DNA of 64,000 bases, from the NCBI GenBank assembly GCA_031409275.1, contig JANNXA010000045.1, positions 40,875-104,874 of the forward strand, written 5' to 3'. This document shows positions 8,901 to 18,408 of the stretch, piece after piece; the stretch's first letter is position 1, and every line of letters begins with the position of its first letter. The position numbers and the translations under genes are program-made. The notes under the pieces are model-generated. The model did not search any database, had not been told where the DNA came from, and saw nothing but the letters and a program-made list of their open reading frames with translations. Origin of the DNA: Planctomycetota bacterium (GTDB lineage Bacteria > Planctomycetota > B15-G4 > SIAN01).

Positions 8901-9644
8901 CTGGAATCTCCCTGGAATCGCGCGGAGCGGACGATGCGATGAAGCATCGACTCGCGTGTCAGAGGTGAGCGCGCGACGCCGGCCATGTTGGAACGGCGGA
9001 TGCAGCGTGACGCGTCGAGACGACGCGTCGCCATCCGCGACTGCTTCGCGAACGTTGGAATCGGAAGGGGGCGAACCGAGCGCGAGCCGGAACGGATGCG
9101 AAGGGGAGCGACGGTCGCGACGAGCGCGCCGAGCCGACCGCAGCCGGCGACGGCGCGCGTCGTACCTGGAGGTTCGCTCTCGACCGATGCTTCGTCCGCA
9201 TCGACCCCGAGCGCTCGGATGCGACCGGCGCTCCGCGAGCCTCGTCCACTCTCCCCGACCACGAGGAGCATCACGTTCGTCCGCGAGGTCTTCCGCAGCG
9301 GCCAGCAGCCGCCAAAGCGTTCCCCTCGATCAACGGCGGGACGTCGCAGTTGCGATTGGCCGACCCGACCCATCGCAAGCTTGTCGAACGAGTCCCGTCC
9401 CTCGCCTCGACGGCGACTCGTCGAACGAGCGCGCTGGGTCAAGCTCAGGAAGAACGGGCGGAACCATACGGACGTCAGGAGGGGGCTGACAAGCGGCAAG
9501 CCGGCTCCAAGTACAAGGTGTTGAGAACCTCGCCGCCACGTTTCGCCGAAAGGGCCGCTTGGATGCGCGCTTGAACGGTGCACCGCCGACGTTGAAGCTC
9601 ACCTGCGAGCCGGACCACGCTCCATCCACGGATCGCCCCACTTC

Positions 9645-11675
9645 ATGAAACCCCTCGCCGCCGCCTGTCGCACCGCCCGTTTCGGAGCCCTCGCGGCGGG
9701 CGCCGTGGTCGGAGTCGCCGGCTGGCAATGGCCGACGCTCTTCGGCTCCGCCGGGGAGCGGCTGGGAACGGGGCTGCTGCTCGTGGTGGTGCCCACCGTC
9801 GTCGCCGCGCACGTCGCGCTGCCGCTGGCCCAGCGCCTCGCGAGCGCGGTCGCCGCCGCGCTCTGGAGCGGCGTGCTGGTCGCCGTCGTGGCGGCGCTCT
9901 ACCTGCCGACGGTCACCCCGCTCGCCGTCGCCATCGCTGCCGCCGTCGGCGCGCTCGTGGGTGGACTGATTGGCCGCAGCAACTGGTTCGAGCGGCGCGC
10001 CGCCACCGTCGTCGCCGTGGTCGCGCTGGCGGCCGCCAGCAGCGTCGGCGTCGTGCGCCGCCCCCTGCCAGCCGAACCCGCGTCGCCCCACCCGAACACC
10101 TTCGTCTTCGGCCTCGACGCCGGCACCTGGACGATCCTCGACGAACTGATGGCGAACGGCGACCTCCCCAACCTGCGCCGACTGCGCGAAGAGGGAGTGA
10201 GCGGCACGCTGCGCTCCGAAATCGAGTCCTCATCGCCGCGCGTCTGGACCACGATCGCCACCGGCAAGACCCCTTCGAAGCACGGTGTCGTCGACTTCTT
10301 CTGCACGCAGAACGACAACCTGACGACGCGCCGTGTCTGGGAGATCTTGCAGGCGCAGGGCTACAGCGTCGGGTTGTTCCAGTGGCTGGTGACCTGGCCG
10401 CCCGACCCCTTCGATCCCTTCGTGGTGCCCGCATGGATGGCGCGCGGTCCGGAGACGCATCCGGCGGAGCTCTCGTTCATCAAGGAACTCGAGCTCGCGT
10501 TCCAGACCGGCGAGTTCGACCAATGGCGCGCGCAACGCGAATGGCCCACGCTGCTCACGCGACTGCGCGACTGGGGAGTCGGATACCTGCGCCACGGACT
10601 GCGCATGCCGACGCTGTGCGCCGCCCTGTCGCAAGCGTGGACGGCCGCGACGAGTCCGAGCTGGGAACTCCAGTACGGCGCCAAGCGGACGCTTCAGCTG
10701 CTGCTGAACGGCGACGTCTACCGTGAGCTCTACCGCCGCCACCAGCCCGACTTCTCCGCCTTCATCTGCTACGGGACCGACAACCTCGCCCACAAGTTCT
10801 GGCAGTACCACTACCCCGACGACTTCGCGATCCCGCACGGCGCCGCCGCCCCCTTCGCCAACCTGCTGACCGACTACTACCGCGCCGCCGATGCGCTGCT
10901 CGGCGAGGTGCTCGCGCTGCTGCCCGCGGACACGACGGTGGCCGTCGTCTCCGACCACGGCTTCACGTCGATCGGCGAAGGCGGCGAGTCGCACCAACGG
11001 GAGCTGCGTCCGAAGATGAGCCGGCTCGCCTCGCTGCTCGAGCTGACCGAACGCGACGTCCTCTGGTCGGCCGTCGCGACTCGCGGCTACTTCCGGCCCG
11101 TCGCAGGCGCCATCGGCGCCGACGCTGCCGCACGGAGGATCCTCGACTTCCTCGGCGGCTGCGAGGTCGTCGGCGGTCCGAAGCTCTTCGTGCCGAAGGT
11201 GCTCGACTCCGGCCAGATCGAGGTCGCGATCAACCTCGACGTGAAGTTCGAGCGCGACACCGAATTCGCCACGCCGAAAGGGCCGATGCTCCTCACCGAC
11301 CTCGTCGACGTCGAGGATCGCACCGGCAACCACTCGATCGACGGGATCGTGCTGTTGCGCGGTCCGGCGTTTCGCCGCGGCGCGCGGATCGAGACCGCTC
11401 ACCTCGCCGATGTGACGCCGACGCTGCTCCACTTGAATGGGTTCGCCGTCGGCGCCGACATGGACGGCCGCGTGCTCGAAGAGGCGTTCACCGATGCGTT
11501 CCGTGAAGAGCACTCGATCGAGCGCATCGAGAGCTGGGACGATCTCGTGAATGTCACGCGCGCAGCGGCCGGACCAGGCGACGAGCGCGGGTGGCGCAAG
11601 TACGCCAGCGAACTCGGCTATGTCGATGGCGGCGACAAGGCGACGCCCGCCGGAGCACCGAAGGAGCGGGAGTAG
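9645..11675 (+). CDS. Membrane-anchored alkaline phosphatase/type I phosphodiesterase superfamily protein
   Basis: N-terminal TM helices; FGLDAG, SPRVWTTIATG, TDNLAHKFW, VVSDHGF, GNH, DVTPTLL; C-terminal LGY. Confidence 0.8.
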   Translation: MKPLAAACRTARFGALAAGAVVGVAGWQWPTLFGSAGERLGTGLLLVVVPTVVAAHVALPLAQRLASAVAAALWSGVLVAVVAALYLPTVTPLAVAIAAAVGALVGGLIGRSNWFERRAATVVAVVALAAASSVGVVRRPLPAEPASPHPNTFVFGLDAGTWTILDELMANGDLPNLRRLREEGVSGTLRSEIESSSPRVWTTIATGKTPSKHGVVDFFCTQNDNLTTRRVWEILQAQGYSVGLFQWLVTWPPDPFDPFVVPAWMARGPETHPAELSFIKELELAFQTGEFDQWRAQREWPTLLTRLRDWGVGYLRHGLRMPTLCAALSQAWTAATSPSWELQYGAKRTLQLLLNGDVYRELYRRHQPDFSAFICYGTDNLAHKFWQYHYPDDFAIPHGAAAPFANLLTDYYRAADALLGEVLALLPADTTVAVVSDHGFTSIGEGGESHQRELRPKMSRLASLLELTERDVLWSAVATRGYFRPVAGAIGADAAARRILDFLGGCEVVGGPKLFVPKVLDSGQIEVAINLDVKFERDTEFATPKGPMLLTDLVDVEDRTGNHSIDGIVLLRGPAFRRGARIETAHLADVTPTLLHLNGFAVGADMDGRVLEEAFTDAFREEHSIERIESWDDLVNVTRAAAGPGDERGWRKYASELGYVDGGDKATPAGAPKERE

Positions 11676-11711
11676 TCGTCGTCGATCGGCGCCGCGGCGC
11701 GCTCGCGCCGC

Positions 11712-13499
11712 TCAGCGCCACCGCATCGCGTAGGGCAGCGTGCACAGCAGCTGCCAACGCCCGCTGCCGGCAGGCGGCTCGGCGAGGAACGGCGCGAGCG
11801 CCTGTTCGAGGCCAGCGCCGCCGACCTCCCGCGCCAGCAGCGCCAACGGCGCCTTCACGCTCGCGAGACTCCCGAACTGCTCCTTCAACTGCTCGAAGAA
11901 GTCGGGCGCCTCGGGCAGCTCGCGCCGCGGCGTGCTCTTCGGGTCGAGTCGACCGCCGAGGAAGCACGCCATGGTGATCGCCTCGCGCAGCCCGCCGAAG
12001 CCGTCGATCAGCCCGATCTCCTTGGCTTCGCGACCGCTCCAGACGCGGCCGCGCGCGTTGAGTTCGAGCGCGACCGGGTCGAGCTTGCGACCCGCCGCGG
12101 CCTTGGCCACGAACTCCCCGTAGAGCTTCTGCATCGACGCTTCGAGCTTCCCGCGCAGCATCGGCGGCAGGCCGTCGCGCATGGTGGAGAGCTCTTCGGC
12201 GTGCGGGCCGTAGCCGACGACCTCGACGTTGATGCCGACCTTCTCCCACGCTTGCGCGAGATTCGGCACCGCGGCGACCACGCCGATCGAGCCGGTCACC
12301 GTCGAGGGCTGCGCGAGGATGCGGTCGCACCCCATGGCGATCCAGTAACCGCCCGACGCCGCGACTCCGCCCATCGATGCGACGACGGGCTTCGCCTCGC
12401 GGCAGCGCTGCACGGCGCGCCAGATCAAGTCGCTGGCGAGCGCGCTGCCGCCCGGACTGTTGATGCGGAGGACGACTGCCTTCACCTGCTCGTCGGTGCG
12501 CGCGGTATCGAGTGCCTCGACGATGGTGTCGGCCCCCATCGTCTGACCGCCCAACCCGGCGCTGCTCTTGCCGCTCATGATCGCGCCGGTGGCGTAGACG
12601 ATGGCGATGCGCGAGCCGTCGGGAAGTTCCTCGTCCTTCGGCTCGAGCAGCTCCTTCAGCTTGGTGAAGACCGTGAAGGGGTTGTCGAACTCGCTGAGGT
12701 CGAGCCCCTCTTCGCTGCCGTAGTCCTCCACCTTCGTGGGCGCGCTGCCGAGCAGCGTGGCCACCTTGGCGTCGAACTCATCCTCGTAGCCCACCGCGTC
12801 GATCAGGCCGAGCTCGAGCGCCCGCGCCGGAGCGAGCAGGACCTCTTCGAAGCCCGCTTCGACCTGCGCCGGCGCGACGTTGCGATTCTTGGCGATGGTG
12901 GCGACCATCGTCTCGTAACGCTCTTTGAGGAGTGCGCGCAACGAGGTGCGCTGGCCATCGCTCATCGAGTCGCGCGCCATGTCTTCGTAGGCGGTCTTGA
13001 ACTCGCCGACGTGGAGCACGTCGTAGCGCACGCCCACCTTCGCGAGCAGCTCCTTCATGTAGAGGATCTCGGCCGCGGGCGCTTCGAGCGCGAGCTCGCC
13101 CTGCGGCGGGAGCATCAGCAGGTCGGCGACCGACGCGAACCAGAGCGCGCTGTCATCGAGCGACTCCGCGAAGCAGACGATCTTCTTGCCAGCGGCGCGC
13201 GCCGCCTGCAGTTCGCGAAGGACGTCCTGCGCGCGGGCGCCGTCGAGGCCATGGAACGGCGAAAGTCGGATCGCCGCCACGGCCGGGTCGTTGGCCAGCG
13301 CGCGCAGCCGCTCGAGCTCCGCCAGGAAGTTGCGGCCGCGCGGACCGAAGGGAGCGGAGGCGATCGGGTCTTCGTCGCCGAGTTCGCTCAGGTCGACCGT
13401 CACCAGTTGCGGTGCGTCAGCAGCCGGCTTCGACTCGTCGAGGCGGCCAAAGACGGGCAACAGCGTGCCAAGCAGGCACGCACCGAGCGTCGTGGACAT
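11712..13499 (-). CDS. sppA: Signal peptide peptidase SppA (protease IV, two-domain form)
   Basis: VGEFKTAYE, LRINSPGGS, AASGGYW, TGSIGV, GRVWSG. Confidence 0.9.
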   Translation of the reverse strand: MSTTLGACLLGTLLPVFGRLDESKPAADAPQLVTVDLSELGDEDPIASAPFGPRGRNFLAELERLRALANDPAVAAIRLSPFHGLDGARAQDVLRELQAARAAGKKIVCFAESLDDSALWFASVADLLMLPPQGELALEAPAAEILYMKELLAKVGVRYDVLHVGEFKTAYEDMARDSMSDGQRTSLRALLKERYETMVATIAKNRNVAPAQVEAGFEEVLLAPARALELGLIDAVGYEDEFDAKVATLLGSAPTKVEDYGSEEGLDLSEFDNPFTVFTKLKELLEPKDEELPDGSRIAIVYATGAIMSGKSSAGLGGQTMGADTIVEALDTARTDEQVKAVVLRINSPGGSALASDLIWRAVQRCREAKPVVASMGGVAASGGYWIAMGCDRILAQPSTVTGSIGVVAAVPNLAQAWEKVGINVEVVGYGPHAEELSTMRDGLPPMLRGKLEASMQKLYGEFVAKAAAGRKLDPVALELNARGRVWSGREAKEIGLIDGFGGLREAITMACFLGGRLDPKSTPRRELPEAPDFFEQLKEQFGSLASVKAPLALLAREVGGAGLEQALAPFLAEPPAGSGRWQLLCTLPYAMRWR

Positions 13500-13691
13500 C
13501 GCGGCTCTCCAGGAGAACAGGGCGAAGCGTGGCGTTTGCGGCGAGCGGCACGGCAAAGCGGGGGCCGCGCGATCACGCGGCGAGATCGACTCGACGGGAC
13601 AGGCAGGACCACCGCGAGCGCACGATGCGGCGCGCGGGGTCGAAACGGGGCCGGTGGCGAGGACCCGTGAGGCGCCGTGGCGCCTCGTTCG

Positions 13692-13766
13692 TGGAGCGGG
13701 TGATGAGGATTGAACTCACGACAACCACGTTGGCAACGTGGTGCTCTACCACTGAGCTACACCCGC
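13692..13766 (-). tRNA. tRNA-Gly (anticodon GCC)
   Basis: Reverse complement GCGGGTGTAGCTCAGTGGTAGAGCACCACGTTGCCAACGTGGTTGTCGTGAGTTCAATCCTCATCACCCGCTCCA folds as a cloverleaf with encoded CCA. Confidence 0.97.
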
Positions 13767-13779
13767 AACGAGGGCGGGG

Positions 13780-13808
13780 AAGATAGAGCCGCCTGCGAAC
13801 GATGTCAA
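13780..13808 (-). promoter_or_regulatory. Sigma-70-type promoter of tRNA-Gly
   Basis: TTGACA-N17-TATCTT on the minus strand, just upstream of the tRNA 5' end. Confidence 0.75.
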
Positions 13809-13927
13809 ACCGCTGCCGGCGTCAGGAAAAGAATCATCGGAACGATTCGAGCGAAGCGATCGGCCGCGGCTGCACGCGGCGATCGGCAGGTCGCTCCCCT
13901 TGGCAGACGACCGTCCGGTCGGCGTCC

Positions 13928-14737
13928 TCAATCGCGTGGCGGGAGCCCAAGGTACGGCCGCCCGGCACCGTACCTGCGCGCGCCGGCGCGCGCGCGGGCC
14001 AACCAGCGCTGTGCCGCCGCGATCGCCGAGAGCCACGGCTCCCCGCCCGCAACTCCCGCTGAGATCGCCGACGCCAGCGCGCAGCCGGTGCCGCGCGGCG
14101 AGACGCCGCGCTGTCGCGGCTGAACGAATTCGTGGCTGCCGAAGCGGCCGCACAAGAAGTCGACGACCGCGCCGCGCGAAGCGAGGTGACCGCCCTTCAG
14201 CAACACGGCCGCCGGCCCGAGTTCGAGCAGCGCTCGTGCCGCCGCCATCGGCTGGCGCACGATCGCCGCGTGCGTCCAGCCCAGCAGCTCCGCCGCTTCG
14301 AGCGCATTGGGCGTCAGCAACGTCGCCTTCGCCACGATGCTTCGCCGATAGAGCGCAAGCGCGCTCGCCGGCAGCGTCCGCTCGCCGCGGGTCGGCGCGA
14401 AGACGGGATCGACCACGAAGGGGACTTTCGGACAGGCGGCTGCCAGCTCGCCGATCCGCTCGATCCACGCGCGATTCGCCACCATGCCCACCTGCACGAC
14501 GGCGATCCGCGCGTCGCGGCGCAACGCCGCCAGCGGCCGCGCCATCGTGTGCACGGAGGTCGGGGTCACCGCCGACAATCCGACCGCCGTCTGCAGCGTC
14601 ACGCAGGTCGCCAGCGCCGCCGCGTGGCTCCCGAAGATCGCGTGCACCTTGAGGTCGAGTTCGAGCCCGGCACCGCCGCTTGGGTCGGAGCCGGCAAGGA
14701 GCAGCGTGAGCGCGGCACGCCGGCGCGCAGCGCTCAC
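13928..14737 (-). CDS. thiD: Hydroxymethylpyrimidine/phosphomethylpyrimidine kinase
   Basis: AGSDPSGGAGLELDLK, VVDPV, LLTPNALEA, LLKGGH, GTGCALAS. Confidence 0.9.
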   Translation of the reverse strand: MSAARRRAALTLLLAGSDPSGGAGLELDLKVHAIFGSHAAALATCVTLQTAVGLSAVTPTSVHTMARPLAALRRDARIAVVQVGMVANRAWIERIGELAAACPKVPFVVDPVFAPTRGERTLPASALALYRRSIVAKATLLTPNALEAAELLGWTHAAIVRQPMAAARALLELGPAAVLLKGGHLASRGAVVDFLCGRFGSHEFVQPRQRGVSPRGTGCALASAISAGVAGGEPWLSAIAAAQRWLARARAGARRYGAGRPYLGLPPRD

Positions 14738-15555
14738 GGCCGTTCACCGCGCAGGTGTCGCGCCGCGGCCAGTAGCGGTCCCGGTCCCTGGAAGGGCTCG
14801 GCGCGCAGCACCAACGTGCATTCGCCGGACAAGGCGCCGATCACGGCTTTCAGATCGACCTCGCCGGCTCCTGCCGGCAAGCCGCAGTATCCCGCCACGG
14901 CGTCCGTCGCATCGAGCCCGACGCAGCGTCCCGCGAGTTGATCGAGCCAGCGCGGCGCCGCCGGACCGCCAGCGTGCCCGAACGCCGCCGCTCGACCGCT
15001 GTCGTGCCACCAAGCCACCTGACGACGACGCGCAAGATCGGCAAGGACGGCAGCCACCGCTTCCGGCGTCCACCACTCGCTGCGTGTCCGCGGCAACGCG
15101 AGTGCGATGCCCTGATCGGCACGTGGCTGCGTGGCTTCGTGGAGCGCACGGCAGAGTCGCTCCAGGCGCCGATCGCGCTCGGTCGGCGACACCGCCTCTT
15201 TGCCGCTGCCGTCACTCGCTTCCGGCAGCTCGACGATGGTCCAGCGCGCTCGCATGGCTGAGGCGAGGTCGAGCGAACCTTGGAGATCTCCGACGGCGGC
15301 CGCCAGCACGACCGGGTCGGCCGCGACCAACGAGCGCGGGACGCCGACCGACGCCCCACCGCAGAGGAAGGGATGACGGATCGCCGGGCAGCGCACGCCC
15401 GAAAGGTCGCGCCGCATCCGCTCGGCAGCAGGAGCCGCCACCGTCCCACCGGGAACCCACGCCCGGACGCGCAGCGCCTCGAGCCACCCCGCGACCTCTT
15501 CGAGCGGGGGCAGTTGGCCCGACGTCGCATCCACTGCCAGTGCCAACTCGCGCAT
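14734..15555 (-). CDS. Divergent sugar-phosphate isomerase/AP-endonuclease TIM-barrel-like protein
   Basis: WWHDSGRA and LPAGAGEVDL resemble the xylose-isomerase-like fold; metal ligands look degenerate; 4-nt overlap with thiD. Confidence 0.45.
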   Translation of the reverse strand: MRELALAVDATSGQLPPLEEVAGWLEALRVRAWVPGGTVAAPAAERMRRDLSGVRCPAIRHPFLCGGASVGVPRSLVAADPVVLAAAVGDLQGSLDLASAMRARWTIVELPEASDGSGKEAVSPTERDRRLERLCRALHEATQPRADQGIALALPRTRSEWWTPEAVAAVLADLARRRQVAWWHDSGRAAAFGHAGGPAAPRWLDQLAGRCVGLDATDAVAGYCGLPAGAGEVDLKAVIGALSGECTLVLRAEPFQGPGPLLAAARHLRGERP

Positions 15556-15757
15556 GCTCGCCGCCTCCTCGACGGTGCGGCCGCGAAACGGCCGACCACT
15601 CCGGCACCACTACCCCATTCCCCGGGCGGCGGCAGACAATTATCTAACAGCGCCCAAGATGCCCCGGTACCAGCCGAGTACGTCTGGCTCCATGCGGAAT
15701 GAAGCACCAGCGAACCTCGCTGCCCCGCGGGGTTCGTCTCCAACAAGAGGAATGAGC

Positions 15758-18310
15758 ATGAGACATTTGGCCTGGACCTCCTGGAAGACGGCAGCATTGC
15801 TTGCCGTCATGACCAGCGGCGCCGTCGCGCAGAGCGCGCCGATGCCCGCGTCGACGCCAGGCGGTGAAGCCACCGCGCCGGCCGCCGATCGCCCCTACCT
15901 CGGCGTCTTCATCGAAGGCGCGGCCGATGGTGGCGGCGTGAAGCTCGCCGAGATCGTCGAAGGCAGCCCGGCCGCGAAGGCAGGGCTCCAGGCGGGCGAC
16001 GTGATCGTCGCGTTGGGCGACCGCACGATCGGCTCCGAAGAAGAGCTGCGCGATGCCATCACCTCGATGGGCGTCGGCGCCAAGACCAAGATCACCTTCC
16101 TGCGTGACGGCGAGAAGCGACGCACCAGCGCACGGCTCGCGGCCGCGCCGGCGGAGATGGAAGGCGAGGAAGGTGAGGAAGGCGAGAACGAGGGTTCCGG
16201 CGACGAGCGCAACGCGACGATCGAGTTCAACCAAGTCACCGACGCCTCCGATTTCGGCGGCATGGTCGAACTCGCCCCGATGTCGGACGACAACGCCGGC
16301 TGGATGGGCGTGCAGCTGCAGGCGAACGACGAGGGCGAGGTCTCCATCCTCGCGGTCGTTCCCGGCTCCCCCGCCGAAGCGGTCGGCCTTCAGGCCGGCG
16401 ATATCTTCGAGCGCTTCGACACCGATGAAGTCGACTCGGTCGAAGGTCTGGTCGAACAGGTCCGCGAGCACCAGGCCGGCGACGTCGTCAAGCTGCGCGT
16501 GCGGCGCGGCGACAAGGTCCTGAAGCCCAAGCTCACGCTCGGCAAGCGCGACGCAAATCTCGCGGTGCCCGGCATGAGCAGTGGGATGGCCTCGATCGAA
16601 CTCGTGCCGGCGGCGACCCCAGCCGCCCCGTCTGCCAACGCCGGACCGACTCCGCCCGGCCGTCTGCACGCGCGAATCGCCGCTGCGCGCGGTGCCGCTG
16701 CCGCCGGCAACGCCGCCCCTTCGGCTGAGAGCGCGGAAATGCAGAACACGATCCGCGCGCTGAAGCAGCAGGTCGACGAGCTGCGTTCACGTTGCGAAGA
16801 GCAGCAGCGGATGCTGGAGCGCGTCCGCGAGGCGCTCGGTGGCGGCAGTGGCGGCGGTGGCCGTCGCGAGCCGCAGCCCGATTCGATGCCGATGCCGGCA
16901 CCGATGCCCGGCGGCTCGCTCTCCTTCGCTCCCGGTGGCGAAGCGGGCTCCCTCGCGATCGGCGGTGGCGACGTCAGCTTCACGCTGAGCCCGCTCAGCT
17001 CCGGCACCTTCGCCGTCGACACGGCACGTGACACCACCGAGGAGACGGTCCGCGCGTTGAGTGAATCGGCCGACCAGACGGTCCGCGCCATCACGCTCGA
17101 AGGGCAGAACCTCACGTTGCAACTGCAAGGGGCCAACGACGGTGCCGCCCTCTGGACCATGGACGGCGATGCCGTCGCCACGATCCAGGGCATGGCCAGC
17201 TGCACCGCCGGTGGCGACGACTGCTGCGCGAGCGGCGAGTCCAACGCCGATTCATGCTGCGCGAGCGGCGAGTCGGACGACGGCTCGTGCTGCGCGAGCG
17301 GCGAGTCCAAAGCGGACTCTTGCTGCGCGAGCGACGGATCCGATTCCGAAGCTTGCGCCGCGACGACCTGCGATGAGGCGGGGGCGGACGGTGCGCTGAT
17401 GTTCACCTTCTCCGACGCGACTGGAAACGTGACCGCCGGTAGCGCCGAGGGGATCGCGCTGTTCGGCGGCGACGAGGGCGGTCGCATCCGCCTCGTGACG
17501 ACGAATGGCGGCGACGGCGGCTCGTGGACGACCGCCACGCCAACCAAGCCTGCCAAGGCGCAGAAGGTGAAGTCGGTCAAGGGGATGAAGATCGAGCCGG
17601 CCAAAGAGGCGACGTGGATCGTCACGGAGAAGGCTCACCAGGGCCGACTGCTCGACGATGGCCGCTGCGAAGATTGCCAGGCTCCCTGCTGCCAGCAGCC
17701 GCGCGGCAAGATGCCCGCCGAGTTTGGTCGTCGCCCCGAAGCGGCGCCCCGCGGCGCGGCCGGCCGCGCGCTGCCCCCGATGGTCGCTCCTCGCGCCCCG
17801 CGTGCTCCGCGTGCCGCCGTCGCTTCCCGGGCCGCACGTGCGCCGCGCGCTGCCCAGGCGCCCCGCGCACCGCGGCTGCGCGTGGAGACGCGCGAGGTCG
17901 AGGAATCGGAATCGTGCGCGTGCGAGTGCCCGGCCATGAAGGCGCATGGCCAAGGACACGGACAGGGACACGGCGCCGCGATGCCGAAGCTGCTGCGCCT
18001 GCATTCCATCGCGCCGCACCACGGCAAGGCGCTGCTGCGCTTGCACACGAGCCAGGGTGACAGCGAGATCGAATCGGGCGAATTCGAGTTGGCGTTCAGC
18101 CCCGACTCGAACGACGAGGTCACGCAGTTCGAAGGCATGCGCCTCGAGGTCGACGGATCCGAGGACGGAGCGCTCTTCTTCGAGATGCCGTGCGAGATCG
18201 AGTGCACGCTCGACGGCGATGACTCGGAATGCAACGTCGACTGCGACGAAGAGTGCGAAGTTCAATGCGAAGTGCAGTGCGCGGTCGATTGCGACGACAG
18301 CGGGAAGTGA
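15758..18310 (+). CDS. Secreted double-PDZ domain protein with coiled coil, Cys-rich repeats and low-complexity regions
   Basis: RBS AAGAGGA; signal peptide; PYLGV...GSPAAKAGLQAGDVI and GWMGV...GSPAEAVGLQAGDI PDZ motifs. Confidence 0.7.
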   Translation: MRHLAWTSWKTAALLAVMTSGAVAQSAPMPASTPGGEATAPAADRPYLGVFIEGAADGGGVKLAEIVEGSPAAKAGLQAGDVIVALGDRTIGSEEELRDAITSMGVGAKTKITFLRDGEKRRTSARLAAAPAEMEGEEGEEGENEGSGDERNATIEFNQVTDASDFGGMVELAPMSDDNAGWMGVQLQANDEGEVSILAVVPGSPAEAVGLQAGDIFERFDTDEVDSVEGLVEQVREHQAGDVVKLRVRRGDKVLKPKLTLGKRDANLAVPGMSSGMASIELVPAATPAAPSANAGPTPPGRLHARIAAARGAAAAGNAAPSAESAEMQNTIRALKQQVDELRSRCEEQQRMLERVREALGGGSGGGGRREPQPDSMPMPAPMPGGSLSFAPGGEAGSLAIGGGDVSFTLSPLSSGTFAVDTARDTTEETVRALSESADQTVRAITLEGQNLTLQLQGANDGAALWTMDGDAVATIQGMASCTAGGDDCCASGESNADSCCASGESDDGSCCASGESKADSCCASDGSDSEACAATTCDEAGADGALMFTFSDATGNVTAGSAEGIALFGGDEGGRIRLVTTNGGDGGSWTTATPTKPAKAQKVKSVKGMKIEPAKEATWIVTEKAHQGRLLDDGRCEDCQAPCCQQPRGKMPAEFGRRPEAAPRGAAGRALPPMVAPRAPRAPRAAVASRAARAPRAAQAPRAPRLRVETREVEESESCACECPAMKAHGQGHGQGHGAAMPKLLRLHSIAPHHGKALLRLHTSQGDSEIESGEFELAFSPDSNDEVTQFEGMRLEVDGSEDGALFFEMPCEIECTLDGDDSECNVDCDEECEVQCEVQCAVDCDDSGK
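17222..17341 (+). repeat. 33-bp coding tandem repeat, about 4 copies (CCASGES-x4)
   Basis: TGCTGCGCGAGCG recurs at 17222, 17255, 17288 and 17321. Confidence 0.9.
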
Positions 18311-18349
18311 TCCCGCGCCGCTGACCGCACGCAAAAGAGAGGTCCGATC

Positions 18350-18385
18350 GGGGCGCCGGTGAGCCGCAAGGCTTGCCGGCGCCTC
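18350..18385. terminator. Hairpin between convergent genes (possible bidirectional terminator)
   Basis: GGGGCGCCGGTGAGCC-GCAA-GGCTTGCCGGCGCCTC, 16-bp stem including G-U pairs with a GNRA loop; U-tails are weak. Confidence 0.55.
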
Positions 18386-18408
18386 GCCCTCTTCAGGCGA
18401 CCTCCGCG

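Noticed and set aside
9496..9509. Possible sigma-54 promoter for kamA (TGGAGCCGGCTTGC on the minus strand)
   Set aside because: GG-to-GC spacing is one base short of the strict -24/-12 requirement.
8897..9583. 228-aa minus-strand ORF whose TGA overlaps the kamA GTG
   Set aside because: It has low-complexity, Arg-rich composition and no recognisable motif or RBS. The overlap may be chance, so it is not called as a CDS.
13500..13766. tRNA-Gly as an island integration site
   Set aside because: No integrase nearby and no duplicated tRNA 3' end noticed; the flanking genes are housekeeping (sppA, thiD).
17222..17341. Regularly spaced repeats as a CRISPR array
   Set aside because: The period is 33 bp with only ~12 variable nt, the repeats are in frame within a CDS, and no cas genes are present.
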